A stretch of DNA of 64,000 bases from the sequence record NC_041911.1; one strand, given 5' to 3'. Shown in pieces: positions 49,351 to 59,098 of the stretch (its first letter is position 1; the number at the start of each line of letters is the position of its first letter). The translations under genes were made by a program, and so were the position numbers. Below the pieces are notes generated by a model. It did not search any database, was not told the origin of the DNA, and saw only the letters and a program-made list of their open reading frames with translations.

Positions 49351-49583
49351 CGTTTCTTCTTTCTATTCATGAGGTGCTGGATGCAGAAACCGCCGAGAAA
49401 CGTCACCGCCGGAGCTATCGGCCACAGAAGAACGGCTAATACAGCAGTAATGCCGGCTATCCATTTGTAATCTGTAGCACCGTAAAGCGTTAGAGAGATG
49501 GTGACCGACCCGACTCTGAATACGTAGATGAGAAGCCAACCTACAAAAGACCAAAGTAGGAAGGCGATCAGGTAGTCGCCCAT
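49347..49583 (-). CDS. Small two-TM membrane protein
   Basis: Two hydrophobic segments, basic C-terminus. Confidence 0.7.
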   Translation of the reverse strand: MGDYLIAFLLWSFVGWLLIYVFRVGSVTISLTLYGATDYKWIAGITAVLAVLLWPIAPAVTFLGGFCIQHLMNRKKKR

Positions 49584-49586
49584 ACC

Positions 49587-49922
49587 TTAGCCTTTAGCTG
49601 GAAAGACTGCAGCGATCAGCTTGGAGAAAGTGGACACCGACATATTCTTGTCGTCAGCCGCTTTCAGAAGGTTGCTGGTTACAGCTTGCTGGGAGCGCTT
49701 GGGATAATGCGTATCAGCAAACTCGCGAATACGTTGTTCCTTTTCTTCAGGAGTGATCTCGCACTTCTCCAGAAGCTCTTTGAACGTGATGTAGTAAATC
49801 GATGTAAGCACCGTACCGGCGCCGTGACGGGCAGCCATTACAGTTTGGTGCATGTGCTTAGCGGCAGTTTCCATAACAACACCAGCTACGTCTTGATGAT
49901 TCGTCATTTGAATTTCTTTCAC
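49587..49922 (-). CDS. Hypothetical protein, paralog family A
   Basis: YYITFKELLEKCEITPEEKEQRIREF...KLIAAVFPAK. Confidence 0.75.
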   Translation of the reverse strand: MKEIQMTNHQDVAGVVMETAAKHMHQTVMAARHGAGTVLTSIYYITFKELLEKCEITPEEKEQRIREFADTHYPKRSQQAVTSNLLKAADDKNMSVSTFSKLIAAVFPAKG

Positions 49923-49987
49923 AATGGTTTACGGCATAAAGAGAGGTAGGATTCCCCGCCTCTTCTCTGGATCACTATTCCACATTA

Positions 49988-49996
49988 GTAATATGT
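49988..49996 (-). promoter_or_regulatory. TATTAC early promoter-like box
   Basis: ACATATTAC upstream of 49922. Confidence 0.5.
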
Positions 49997-50075
49997 CTCT
50001 CAGTAATTTTTAGATCCAGAATCATGTGTACTAGGGTAACCTAGTCGTTTCACACCTTCCACCCACTAACAAAAG

Positions 50076-50534
50076 GTGACAGAAATGGGGATGAAAATTG
50101 CCTTTTGGAAAGGCACTGATCCTGGCTTCGGCGGGGTCTTGGACCGTTCTATCCGCTGGTGGACGAACGGCTCGTATTCGCATTGCGAACTTATCTTCTC
50201 CGACGGCTGGACGGGCTCTTGCTCGTGGTCGGAGGGCGGCGTTGTTCTTCTCCAGCGTAGTGCTAGCTACTATGATCCCAAGAACTGGGACATCGTAGAA
50301 ATCGAAGGCGACGAAGCAGCAGCCCGTGCTTGGTTTAAGAAGAACCGTGGTACACCGTATGACTTACTCGGTGACTTCGGTTTTGTTTGGCGTCCGATTC
50401 GTGGTGAGGATGGCGCATACTTCTGCTCAGAAGCTATTGCACTGTCGCTCGGCTGGCCGAATGCTTGGCGCTACGATCCGAACACCCAGGCAGATGTACT
50501 TCGTATTCCGAAGTATCGGCCTGCAGCAGTTTAA
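50076..50534 (+). CDS. Permuted papain-like (YiiX/NlpC-P60-like) amidase
   Basis: YSHCEL, PYDLLG, YFCSE (His before Cys); the only credible plus-strand gene. Confidence 0.8.
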   Translation: MTEMGMKIAFWKGTDPGFGGVLDRSIRWWTNGSYSHCELIFSDGWTGSCSWSEGGVVLLQRSASYYDPKNWDIVEIEGDEAAARAWFKKNRGTPYDLLGDFGFVWRPIRGEDGAYFCSEAIALSLGWPNAWRYDPNTQADVLRIPKYRPAAV

Positions 50535-50598
50535 ACTGCAAAAAAAAAACGCATAGTGCGAGAGAGTACGCCCGTACGGGCGTACTCTCTTTATGCCA

Positions 50599-51039
50599 TT
50601 ACTTTCCAGATTCGAATATTAGACCAGAGATATTCATAACCGGATGGACGTCAGAACCTTCCGATGGAATGCCAGTGCTAAATAAGCCGGTGAAGATGAC
50701 GGAGTGCCCTTCTTCTAGCACACGTTTCAACACCAACCCCATCGGAGTCCCGAGTACCTCGAAATGCACCGTGATTTTGGTAACCACATCGCTGTCGCCT
50801 GTAATTGCATATTCTGTTACCCGCGCCGCGGCGGCTTCGATCTTCAGGCCAGTTCTCCAGCCCGTCAGCGGATCAACAACAATGTAACCGAGCACTTGGC
50901 CGGAGTACACTCTTCCAGAGAAGAAATAGGCATCAGCGATGGCTTTATCCAAACGCAGCTTTCTACCGCTATAAAGCACGTTGCTGTCGTAGATATCGGC
51001 ACTGTAAATGCCTTCTTTTACCTTTGAAACTTGTCCCAT
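50599..51039 (-). CDS. Hypothetical protein
   Basis: 146 aa, AGGA SD. Confidence 0.7.
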   Translation of the reverse strand: MGQVSKVKEGIYSADIYDSNVLYSGRKLRLDKAIADAYFFSGRVYSGQVLGYIVVDPLTGWRTGLKIEAAAARVTEYAITGDSDVVTKITVHFEVLGTPMGLVLKRVLEEGHSVIFTGLFSTGIPSEGSDVHPVMNISGLIFESGK

Positions 51040-51115
51040 GTCAATTCCTAAAAAGAAAATATGTCTGGAAGAGAGAGGGAGTGCCTGCAGGCACTCCCTC
51101 TATTAGCGCTACCGG

Positions 51116-51592
51116 TTATTCCTTGAACTGGAAGATCACCAGTGCACCATCTTGGTAAACGTACAGAGCAATTGCTTGGTTGAACGGATTGGAATCAGCG
51201 CCGAAGCGAACGTCGTTACCAGTCCGTACCTCCAGGACACCAACGATGTGCTTCAGTGCCTCGTGGTACTTGAAGTCAAGACCGGAATGCTCCAGAGCTT
51301 CTTGCAGGCTGTTTTTGCCTTCGAAGGTCGGAGTATCGGACTTGAGCATTTCGATGGCTTGGTCAACCAGCACACAACTGCCGTCTTCTGCGCGCAGTTG
51401 AATCGCACGCAGGTGGTAGCTCACGTTTTCGTGGTCAGCTACCACGAAGTGAGTAGGGCGCACCCTCATGGTGCGGCTCGGACCTTCCGAGAATTCGTAT
51501 TCGCTTTTAGCTGGCGAATTGTAGCGAGTCACGACGCGAGCTTCAGCACCGAGGATGGCTTGCAGTTCATTGATGACGTATACGTATTCCAT
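51116..51592 (-). CDS. Hypothetical protein
   Basis: 158 aa, AGGA SD. Confidence 0.75.
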   Translation of the reverse strand: MEYVYVINELQAILGAEARVVTRYNSPAKSEYEFSEGPSRTMRVRPTHFVVADHENVSYHLRAIQLRAEDGSCVLVDQAIEMLKSDTPTFEGKNSLQEALEHSGLDFKYHEALKHIVGVLEVRTGNDVRFGADSNPFNQAIALYVYQDGALVIFQFKE

Positions 51593-51635
51593 GATCTTTC
51601 CTTTTTAGAGTTTGGTGCGGTGGTAAAACGAGTGC

Positions 51636-52172
51636 TTAGTTCGAACCGAAGACTTTGCTGTGCTTGACGAAGAACGTACGGAAGGCAGTGCCATCGTCCA
51701 GCCCGTGCAGTTGCTCGCGGCTTACTTCTTTATCCGTGTCGACGTAAGTTACGGAAACGAAGTCATCTTCTTCAGTGGCTGCAGCGATGTTGAGGAAACG
51801 CCCGCCGAGGTCTTCATCCGGGCACTTCATGGTCGAGTAAGCGATGCGCTTGACTTCAGGATAGGCTTCGATGAAAGCCTTGCCCCAATCGGTATCCAGA
51901 ATACCAAAGTGATCGGTTTCACTTACCGATACTTCCAGCAACTTGGCGGCGCTAAACGAGTCTTTCGCCATGGTGGACATGGCGGTCAGGAAATACTCCA
52001 CGAAAGCATCGCTACCGTTTTCGCCGTGGAAAGTCGTAACTGCAAATCCGAGCTTGTTGTTGTCGGAGAAGTAGTGCAGTGACTCGATACCATCGGCATC
52101 AGCGGGGAAGTGCTTACCCACTTTCAGGGATTGGGATTCCAGGTAGGCATTAAGAGCTTGGGAGGTTTGCAT
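51636..52172 (-). CDS. Hypothetical acidic protein
   Basis: 178 aa, AGGA SD. Confidence 0.75.
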   Translation of the reverse strand: MQTSQALNAYLESQSLKVGKHFPADADGIESLHYFSDNNKLGFAVTTFHGENGSDAFVEYFLTAMSTMAKDSFSAAKLLEVSVSETDHFGILDTDWGKAFIEAYPEVKRIAYSTMKCPDEDLGGRFLNIAAATEEDDFVSVTYVDTDKEVSREQLHGLDDGTAFRTFFVKHSKVFGSN

Positions 52173-52324
52173 GGAACATTTCCTTATCTAAAATTAGAAT
52201 ATTGAGTGCCTTTGCTTGGCATTACTCAAGTTAACTATATGTGGTTGAAACTTTTTCCATTTCAACCGAAGACAAAAAGAGAAAACAGCATAGAAGCGGA
52301 GAGGGGAATCCCCTCTCCTTATGC

Positions 52325-52840
52325 TTAGTCGGCTCTGAAACGAGAGTGATAGAAGATCTTGTCGTAGCCTTTTTCTTTAGCATGCGCGACCCAGTCAGCA
52401 ACCAGCAGGATATGCGGATCGAACATGCCATCCACCTGACCGTGCTCAACAATCCCTACAGCTTCAGAGATCGTTTTGCAGTCTTTCATCAAGTAGGTGA
52501 AAGCTTCGCCAGTGTCACGCGAGGCATGCAACAGCGAGAACTTCTTGCTGACCACTGGTATCATGGAGATCGTGTTCTCTTCGCTATCGATCACCATCGT
52601 GAACACCTCGCCATCATTGCTGACATGTACAGCGTGAGCATGACAGGCGTCCTTCGGCAGTTCGTCCTTCATGCCGCGACGAATCCAGCGAATGAACTGG
52701 TAGGCTGACGCAGTGCTTGGGATGAACAGGCCGTATTCGGTGCCGAACATCTCGTACGGCTCGACATACGTAGTGCAAGGCTGGCTGCCTTCTTTTTGCG
52801 GGATAGCAACGGACTCACGGTTGTAGAGGATGTTGTACAT
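52325..52840 (-). CDS. Hypothetical protein
   Basis: TAATG coupling at 52840. Confidence 0.7.
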   Translation of the reverse strand: MYNILYNRESVAIPQKEGSQPCTTYVEPYEMFGTEYGLFIPSTASAYQFIRWIRRGMKDELPKDACHAHAVHVSNDGEVFTMVIDSEENTISMIPVVSKKFSLLHASRDTGEAFTYLMKDCKTISEAVGIVEHGQVDGMFDPHILLVADWVAHAKEKGYDKIFYHSRFRAD

Positions 52841-53733
52841 TACTTGGCCTTCTCTTTCGGTTCTTCGTAGCCGGTGATTTCCACAGCAGCCTTCCACGCC
52901 TTGGTACGTTTCGCTTCAGGAGTAGAAAAGCCAAACATCGGATTGCGAGAGAAGGATACTTTGCCATCCTTCATCTTACCCATCGACAGGAACGCAGCAA
53001 TCATCTCAGTGATCGATTTACGCACCATGTTGGCTTCTACTTCCGTACAAGCCCCATCCTTCAGCTCTTTCTTGATTTGTGCTTGAGCAAATATGTGCAT
53101 CGCGTCCAAGAAAGTTTCATCACACACCGGCGGAAAGTCGTCCGTCAAATCATCCTTCACGGTGAACGTGTCGATTGTCGTGCCTGTAGGGCACCCGCTC
53201 AAACGTAGGGCGTAGTAGATTTCTTCGGTCGGTACACCGTGATCAAGCAAGATGGCTGCCATCTTCTTACCAGATCCCACGATCAGCGCTTCTTGATTGC
53301 TGTACTTGCTCCAGCCCTTGCCATCACCAACGAAGGTGTTTTCGTGTGTCATCACAAGCAAACCAGAGCCATCTGCGTCCATATCTTTGGAAAGCCGATG
53401 CCCGATTAGATCGCGGATGCGACGGCACGTAAGACGAAACCTTGCGAAGGCACGAATGTCTTTGATTGTCTTGAACATGCGGTGCTTGGTGAAGCGGTCT
53501 TCCGTGAAGAAGTTCAGTGCGCAGATCACTGAAAGCTTTTGCTCGAAAGTCGTTTTAGCGTTTGCACCTACTTCATGCGGAGAGAACTCGAAGCCCGTCG
53601 TCCCATACAGACAGTAGGGTGTCTTGGTAATCTTGGGTTCGTCACGCAGTCCAATCATGCCAACTTTAAAGTAGTTGACAACCTTACGGCGGTCTGCTAC
53701 GAGCACGCCTTCCCTAGCGATAATTGTTGTCAC
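52840..53733 (-). CDS. HslV/proteasome-beta-like Ntn hydrolase
   Basis: N-terminal (M)TTIIA...ADRR, IVGSG; GTG start. Confidence 0.65.
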   Translation of the reverse strand: MTTIIAREGVLVADRRKVVNYFKVGMIGLRDEPKITKTPYCLYGTTGFEFSPHEVGANAKTTFEQKLSVICALNFFTEDRFTKHRMFKTIKDIRAFARFRLTCRRIRDLIGHRLSKDMDADGSGLLVMTHENTFVGDGKGWSKYSNQEALIVGSGKKMAAILLDHGVPTEEIYYALRLSGCPTGTTIDTFTVKDDLTDDFPPVCDETFLDAMHIFAQAQIKKELKDGACTEVEANMVRKSITEMIAAFLSMGKMKDGKVSFSRNPMFGFSTPEAKRTKAWKAAVEITGYEEPKEKAK

Positions 53734-53826
53734 GGGCCAGATTCCTTATTTTTGTACAAAAGACAAATGCGGCATAGCGACCCAGTGAAGCCGAAGCTTC
53801 ACTGGGCGTGTCAGGTCAGGATGCGA

Positions 53827-54171
53827 TTAACGCAGCGGGCGCGACGGAGCGTCGAAGCGATCCGACGGGGATTGCTTGGCGCTGGTCTTGGTCATCTTGC
53901 CTGCTGCGGCAGTGGCTTCCGGCAGTGCAGAACGGAACACCTGGTTGATCACGTAGGACACTTCGGCTTCTTCTTCGGCCGGGCTGGCGCCGCGCGCTTC
54001 TTCGACGGTCACGTCGTAGATGCCGGCAGGCTGGCGCACTTCATCGGTCTGGTCAAAGCTCAGTTGGGTGTTCTTGTCGGAGAAGGTCACCTTGACTTCG
54101 GTGTGGGTGGCGATGATGGTCTGGCCGATACCGAAGACAGCTACGAGCTTTTGAGCGATGCTGGAAGACAT
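53827..54171 (-). CDS. Hypothetical protein
   Basis: 114 aa, biased codon usage. Confidence 0.7.
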   Translation of the reverse strand: MSSSIAQKLVAVFGIGQTIIATHTEVKVTFSDKNTQLSFDQTDEVRQPAGIYDVTVEEARGASPAEEEAEVSYVINQVFRSALPEATAAAGKMTKTSAKQSPSDRFDAPSRPLR

Positions 54172-54312
54172 GTGATACCTTTCTACTGGTTGTTTGTGGA
54201 GAGAAACGGGATGCTATTGCAGCTATCCTCAAGATGGTGATATGTTGTTAAAAGTTATTTAGATTAAGGCGACATAAAACGAGGAGAGGCGAACCTCTCC
54301 TCGCTATGCTGG

Positions 54313-55203
54313 TCAGAACTTAACGGTGTCCGGGGAAAAACGACGCATGCTGTTCAACATCTCTTGTTGTGCGGCGCGCGCGGAATCCGTCATCCTGATA
54401 ACATCCGCTTTAGTAAACGAACCATCCCATTCGACCGGGGCCAAGCCAGCAACGACGCGGAGAGTGTTGAGGTTGACCAGCGGGCCAAGATCACCTTCAT
54501 CCTCGTCGGTAACGTGGAAGAACTCGTGCAGCGATCCGCCAATGTCCATCTCGCCGAAAGGATGCGTCCAGTGATGGCCGTTCTCCCTACACCACTCGAT
54601 CTCGCTGAAGTCCTTGGTCTCCGCAACCATCGGGATGATCTTGAAACCAGGGATATAGACTGCACTGCCGTCCAGCATTGACAGGATGGAGAAGGCCAGT
54701 CCCGACAATGCATCAACTCGGTCATGACCAGGCTGGTTCGCCCAGTAATGACAAAGGTGCTTCACATGCGAAAGAACCACAGTGCGGATGGCATCTTTCG
54801 TATATGGCTTCGGCTTGAACTGCGGCTCTTCCAGCTTTTCATCCATGAGCGTGCTGAGCATCTCAACGATAAACGACATCGCTTTCTCGTTGAGTTCCAT
54901 CACCTCATCGAATTGCTGTATTGGTGTCTCGCTCTTGAGCTTCTCCAGCGTAATGGAAATTCCATCACACTGGTATTCGCCCTTGTCGAACTTGTCTGCC
55001 GTTTGGATGAGAAGTTCCTCTCGCTTTTCGGATCTCCAATCGAGCTTATCCAAAGCTTCGCTGAACCGATCGATCAGCAGCATGCGTGCGTGCGCGATGG
55101 TGATATGCATGCCGTCGTTGCTAGCCATATAGTGCGCTATGCCAACTTCGAAACCATTCACCTCGACCGTGCCCGCTATTTTCAGAAGTGGCATTAGTGA
55201 CAT
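54313..55203 (-). CDS. Hypothetical protein
   Basis: 296 aa, flanked by hairpins. Confidence 0.75.
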   Translation of the reverse strand: MSLMPLLKIAGTVEVNGFEVGIAHYMASNDGMHITIAHARMLLIDRFSEALDKLDWRSEKREELLIQTADKFDKGEYQCDGISITLEKLKSETPIQQFDEVMELNEKAMSFIVEMLSTLMDEKLEEPQFKPKPYTKDAIRTVVLSHVKHLCHYWANQPGHDRVDALSGLAFSILSMLDGSAVYIPGFKIIPMVAETKDFSEIEWCRENGHHWTHPFGEMDIGGSLHEFFHVTDEDEGDLGPLVNLNTLRVVAGLAPVEWDGSFTKADVIRMTDSARAAQQEMLNSMRRFSPDTVKF

Positions 55204-55292
55204 TTCGTTATTCTCTCTGAGTAATGTAGATCCAACATAAAAAGAAGCGGGGTAAAAAACCCCGCTCCCATTATGCCGTACTTACTCGACGT

Positions 55293-55616
55293 TTAGTCTT
55301 CCAGCGGATCGCGATCGTCCGGCTCGGATTCGTCGTCCGGGTCCGGGAACTCATCTTCGCCCGGTTGATCGGCGCCAGCCAAAGCTGGCTCGTTATCGAA
55401 CAGGCTGACGTCGATCGATACTTCGTACTGGAAGAGGCTGGGGTTGAGATTGTGCATGGCTTCCACAACTTCTTCTTCCTGGTCGTTGTGGGTCGGGCAA
55501 GCGACGTTGGTCACGTCGTCAAAGCCATGGGCATTGAGGTTTGCGGTGATCAGACGGGAAACGAGTTCGCCATCACTCTGATCGTCGGCCATTACTTCTA
55601 CGGAGATGCGAGGCAT
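55293..55616 (-). CDS. Small highly acidic protein
   Basis: 107 aa, Asp/Glu-rich tail, GAGGA SD. Confidence 0.75.
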   Translation of the reverse strand: MPRISVEVMADDQSDGELVSRLITANLNAHGFDDVTNVACPTHNDQEEEVVEAMHNLNPSLFQYEVSIDVSLFDNEPALAGADQPGEDEFPDPDDESEPDDRDPLED

Positions 55617-55698
55617 GTTGAGTTCCTCTAAGTGGTTAGTAAGACAGGGTTAGATCGCCTACTTCATGGAGCGGCGTAATTGAAAACTAGGTCTATGC

Positions 55699-56223
55699 CT
55701 AGCGACTAGGGAAGAAACGAACCATCTCCATCACCACGGATGGATGGGTATCGTCCCCACCGAAGAGTTCGGTGCGTTCTTCGATCTCGTAGAACGGCCA
55801 GTCCGGCGCCATGACACACGTTTCGTCGAGAGGAGTCCTCACACCAATACGTGACACATAGGCAAGGTCTGTGTGCGCTTCAGCTGCCTTAAACAGCTCT
55901 TTGCCACCGATTACGAAGGTCGAGCGCAAGCGGCTCTTATCTACGCAGTCAGCCAACGCTGCTTCCAGCGTCGGGAAGACCAATGCACCCGGTGCTTCGT
56001 AATCCGGGTTTCTGCTGATCACGTAGTTATTGCGATTCGGCAGCGGTTTCTTGGGTAGTGACTCCCAAGTCTTACGACCCATGATCACATTGCCGCCTTC
56101 AGTCAGGGACTTGAAGAACTTGAAGTCGTGCGGACTGTGCCATGGGATGGTGTTGTTCTTGCCAATGATGCCGTTCTCGTCTTGAGCGAAAACAAGGGCA
56201 AGTGGCGGTACGGTTATTGACAT
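55699..56223 (-). CDS. folA: Dihydrofolate reductase
   Basis: GIIGKNNTIPW, VIMGRKTWESLP, LPNRNNYV, VIGG. Confidence 0.95.
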   Translation of the reverse strand: MSITVPPLALVFAQDENGIIGKNNTIPWHSPHDFKFFKSLTEGGNVIMGRKTWESLPKKPLPNRNNYVISRNPDYEAPGALVFPTLEAALADCVDKSRLRSTFVIGGKELFKAAEAHTDLAYVSRIGVRTPLDETCVMAPDWPFYEIEERTELFGGDDTHPSVVMEMVRFFPSR

Positions 56224-56265
56224 GTTGCTCCTTTCTTCCAATAGTTTACTGTTCGGTGTTAAAAA

Positions 56266-56895
56266 TTAGCGAGCATCTTCAACATCTGCATCGGCACATA
56301 CGACGTTATCATTTTCTAATAACATCCGAGCCGCTTGTGATCCCCTGCTTGCATGGAGCTTCAACATGCGTTCACGCAGTTCATTACGTCTTTGCTCCGG
56401 CAGTTCCTTCTTCCGTATAATGACTTTGTTCCCCAAGCACCACTGCTGAGTAGCTCTAAAGTAACCATAGTCAACCATCACTACCCTGCCATCCGGACGA
56501 ATACCGATATTGCTCGGCTTCAGGTCAGTGAGAAAATCAAGGTTCTTATAACGATTCTCGATGATCTCTGCGCAGCGTAAGTATTCCGGATCAGAGCACC
56601 GCTCGTACTCTTTCTCCAGATGCTCTAGCGTATCAACACGCTCCATCACTACGCACAAACCGAAACGATCCGCCCAGTAGATCTGCGCTAAGTGATTGGT
56701 GCTGCGATATTCGTCATACCACAGATCAGGGTCTTGGACGGTACTATCAGCACACCACCAAGAGCGTTCGTGTAGGTTTTCCATCACGCCCAGTATGAAG
56801 CTCAACCAAGAGGTAAACTTCGGGATCTTGATCACTCGCTTCTTAAAGACGAATACGAAACGGCGACTGCCGGACTTGATCTGAAACCATGCCAT
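56266..56895 (-). CDS. Minimal protein-kinase-like protein
   Basis: GSRR loop, VIKIPK, VMER hinge, DLKPSN, DYG. Confidence 0.75.
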   Translation of the reverse strand: MAWFQIKSGSRRFVFVFKKRVIKIPKFTSWLSFILGVMENLHERSWWCADSTVQDPDLWYDEYRSTNHLAQIYWADRFGLCVVMERVDTLEHLEKEYERCSDPEYLRCAEIIENRYKNLDFLTDLKPSNIGIRPDGRVVMVDYGYFRATQQWCLGNKVIIRKKELPEQRRNELRERMLKLHASRGSQAARMLLENDNVVCADADVEDAR

Positions 56896-57602
56896 TAAGC
56901 GGTTCTTCCTGTAGTGTCGAGAATGAAATTGCGAATGGCTTGCAGGTTCAGCTGGGTTACGCGTGACGTAAACTCGTTGTGCTTGACATTCGCAAACTGA
57001 TTCGTACGGATCACCTGGGCCGTAGTCTCGAAGGGGTTGGTTTTGTTGCTGAACAGAGTGCGCAGCGCAATGCGCATGGTATCTCGTTCATGCTTGTTCT
57101 GCTTCGCTGGAGAGCCGAGCCAACGGAGCATACTCTCGTTAGCCTTCTTGATTACCACATCCTTAGGCGTATCGCCGGGCGCGCACACGAAGCGCGTGAC
57201 CTTGTTGAATGGCGAGTAGACTTGGAAGAGGACGTGTATTTGCTCCGCCGCATCACCACGCATCGTTGCCACGCGTTTCTTGCCTTGGAGAGCCATCCAC
57301 TGTTCAACAGTGGGGCGACCATGGATCGGCAGAACGAAGAACTGGAACTCGGTGTTGTGCTCCAGCATTTGGTGCACTGTCAGCGCCACCTTATCCCATT
57401 TCGGCCCGAATCGGGTACGCAGCGTGCTGTAGTAGGCCAACGGATTCTTAGCCCACGTAGCGTAATACTGACCGGTGGAGGGATGGTAAACCATGATCCC
57501 CTTCCAGAAAGGGATATCGCCCTTTTGGGTTGTAGGGGTCACTTCGCGCAACAACACGCGGATATCGTCGGTAATGACCAGTTTCGAATGAGAGATTTTC
57601 AT
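56895..57602 (-). CDS. Hypothetical protein (possible degenerate GIY-YIG repeats)
   Basis: GIMVYHPSTGQYYAT and LFQVYSPFNKVTRFV segments; TAATG coupling. Confidence 0.65.
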   Translation of the reverse strand: MKISHSKLVITDDIRVLLREVTPTTQKGDIPFWKGIMVYHPSTGQYYATWAKNPLAYYSTLRTRFGPKWDKVALTVHQMLEHNTEFQFFVLPIHGRPTVEQWMALQGKKRVATMRGDAAEQIHVLFQVYSPFNKVTRFVCAPGDTPKDVVIKKANESMLRWLGSPAKQNKHERDTMRIALRTLFSNKTNPFETTAQVIRTNQFANVKHNEFTSRVTQLNLQAIRNFILDTTGRTA

Positions 57603-57661
57603 AGCCGGTTTCGTAGTTACGGCATAGCCGGAGGGACAAGCCCTCCGACCATTTGCCTGGT

Positions 57662-59044
57662 TTAGAACGGCGGTTCTTCGAGGATGCGCTTCATGGAAGA
57701 CTTCAGCACCGCAGCGATATCAAGCCCCAGCGAGTCGTACACCGAGACCATAAAGCGAGCAGTTTTGACCTTGTTGTTCAGGTCATTATCCAGCATCGTC
57801 TGAAAATCAAACAATGCGGTGAAGAAGGCCTCGAACGTACCATGCCCACGCGAGATCGCGATAAACGCTTTACGTAGGTACTTGGATGGATTGAGAAGAC
57901 GACTGTTGATAGCCGTCACGTTCAGCGTCACATTGTGTTCAGCCAGTAACACTGTTTCTACCGAACCCTGTACTTTAGCCGGCAGTGCTGCGTTGAGCGC
58001 ACGGATCAATTGCAGGATGAGGTAGTAGTTCTTCGGCCGAATAGTTCGCGCAACTTGTGCATATTCCACACGCACCGGGTAGTCGCCGAACTTACTGAGC
58101 GGGATTTCCGTCAGTTCGTAGACAGACTTGGTGTCGAAGTCCTTGTTGACCTTGTCGTAACCCTTCAGCGACACACGAGCATGATCGCGCGCGTCCATGT
58201 ACATCAGCACGAGATCGCGCAGCAGATCTTGCGATTCCGGACTGACTTGACTGAACTGGTCCGTCGACACAAACACGCCATAGTTGGTGGCGAGGTCGCT
58301 GCCGAGTACCGCATTGACGAAGTTGAACAGCAGCTCTTCCCGCGCCAATGTTTCCATATTGCGAACTTCGACGTCCACCCGGCGCAGCAGTCTCTCGATA
58401 GTGTCTTTATCGATCACACCGTGATAGCCGCGGTGTTTGCTGAACACGTTTTCATTACCGACGAATCGGTAATGCCCTTCCCGCACCAGCGCACGGTAGG
58501 CGTTGTTTGCCTCCAGTGGCTTCTTCGGATGGAAGAGCATGACGATCTTGTTCTTCTCGGCATTGAGGTTCATCGTCAGATCGACGTTTTCCGTCTCACT
58601 GTAGTTCTTGATGGCCTCGGCCACCGAATCCGTCACGGCCGGTACAAACTCGTCCGGGTCGATAGAGGCTTCGATGTCTTCACCGCGCATCTCTGCCACC
58701 CACATCTTACCGATCGCTTTGGAGAACTTCTCGATGTCTTCCGGTGTCAAGTTCTCCTCATCTCCTTCCAGAACTTTCCCCATGCTTACGAGGTCTGCGG
58801 TCGTGAACTTATCCGGAGTTGGCTGACTATTATCAGCTTTCGGATTTTCGGCGGGCTTGTCTTTTCCGAGCATCCAGCCGAAAGCATTAGACAACCTCTC
58901 AACATCCTCAGGAGAAATGCTTTCGGGGTTATCCAGATTGATTGTTCGGGAGATGCCGTTTTCCATTAAAACGGCGACGTTCTCCGGAGGAGGAGATTCC
59001 CCGGCATTAGTTTCGCCGGTAGAAGGTTTCTGTCTCTTTGTCAC
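57662..59044 (-). CDS. Hypothetical protein
   Basis: 460 aa, acidic N-terminus with duplicated (I/L)xPED(V/I)ExxSxAxG. Confidence 0.8.
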   Translation of the reverse strand: MTKRQKPSTGETNAGESPPPENVAVLMENGISRTINLDNPESISPEDVERLSNAFGWMLGKDKPAENPKADNSQPTPDKFTTADLVSMGKVLEGDEENLTPEDIEKFSKAIGKMWVAEMRGEDIEASIDPDEFVPAVTDSVAEAIKNYSETENVDLTMNLNAEKNKIVMLFHPKKPLEANNAYRALVREGHYRFVGNENVFSKHRGYHGVIDKDTIERLLRRVDVEVRNMETLAREELLFNFVNAVLGSDLATNYGVFVSTDQFSQVSPESQDLLRDLVLMYMDARDHARVSLKGYDKVNKDFDTKSVYELTEIPLSKFGDYPVRVEYAQVARTIRPKNYYLILQLIRALNAALPAKVQGSVETVLLAEHNVTLNVTAINSRLLNPSKYLRKAFIAISRGHGTFEAFFTALFDFQTMLDNDLNNKVKTARFMVSVYDSLGLDIAAVLKSSMKRILEEPPF

Positions 59045-59098
59045 GATGTGCTCTCCTTTAATAAGGCCGGTGGTTAGCCGGCCTTTGTTGCGACAACC

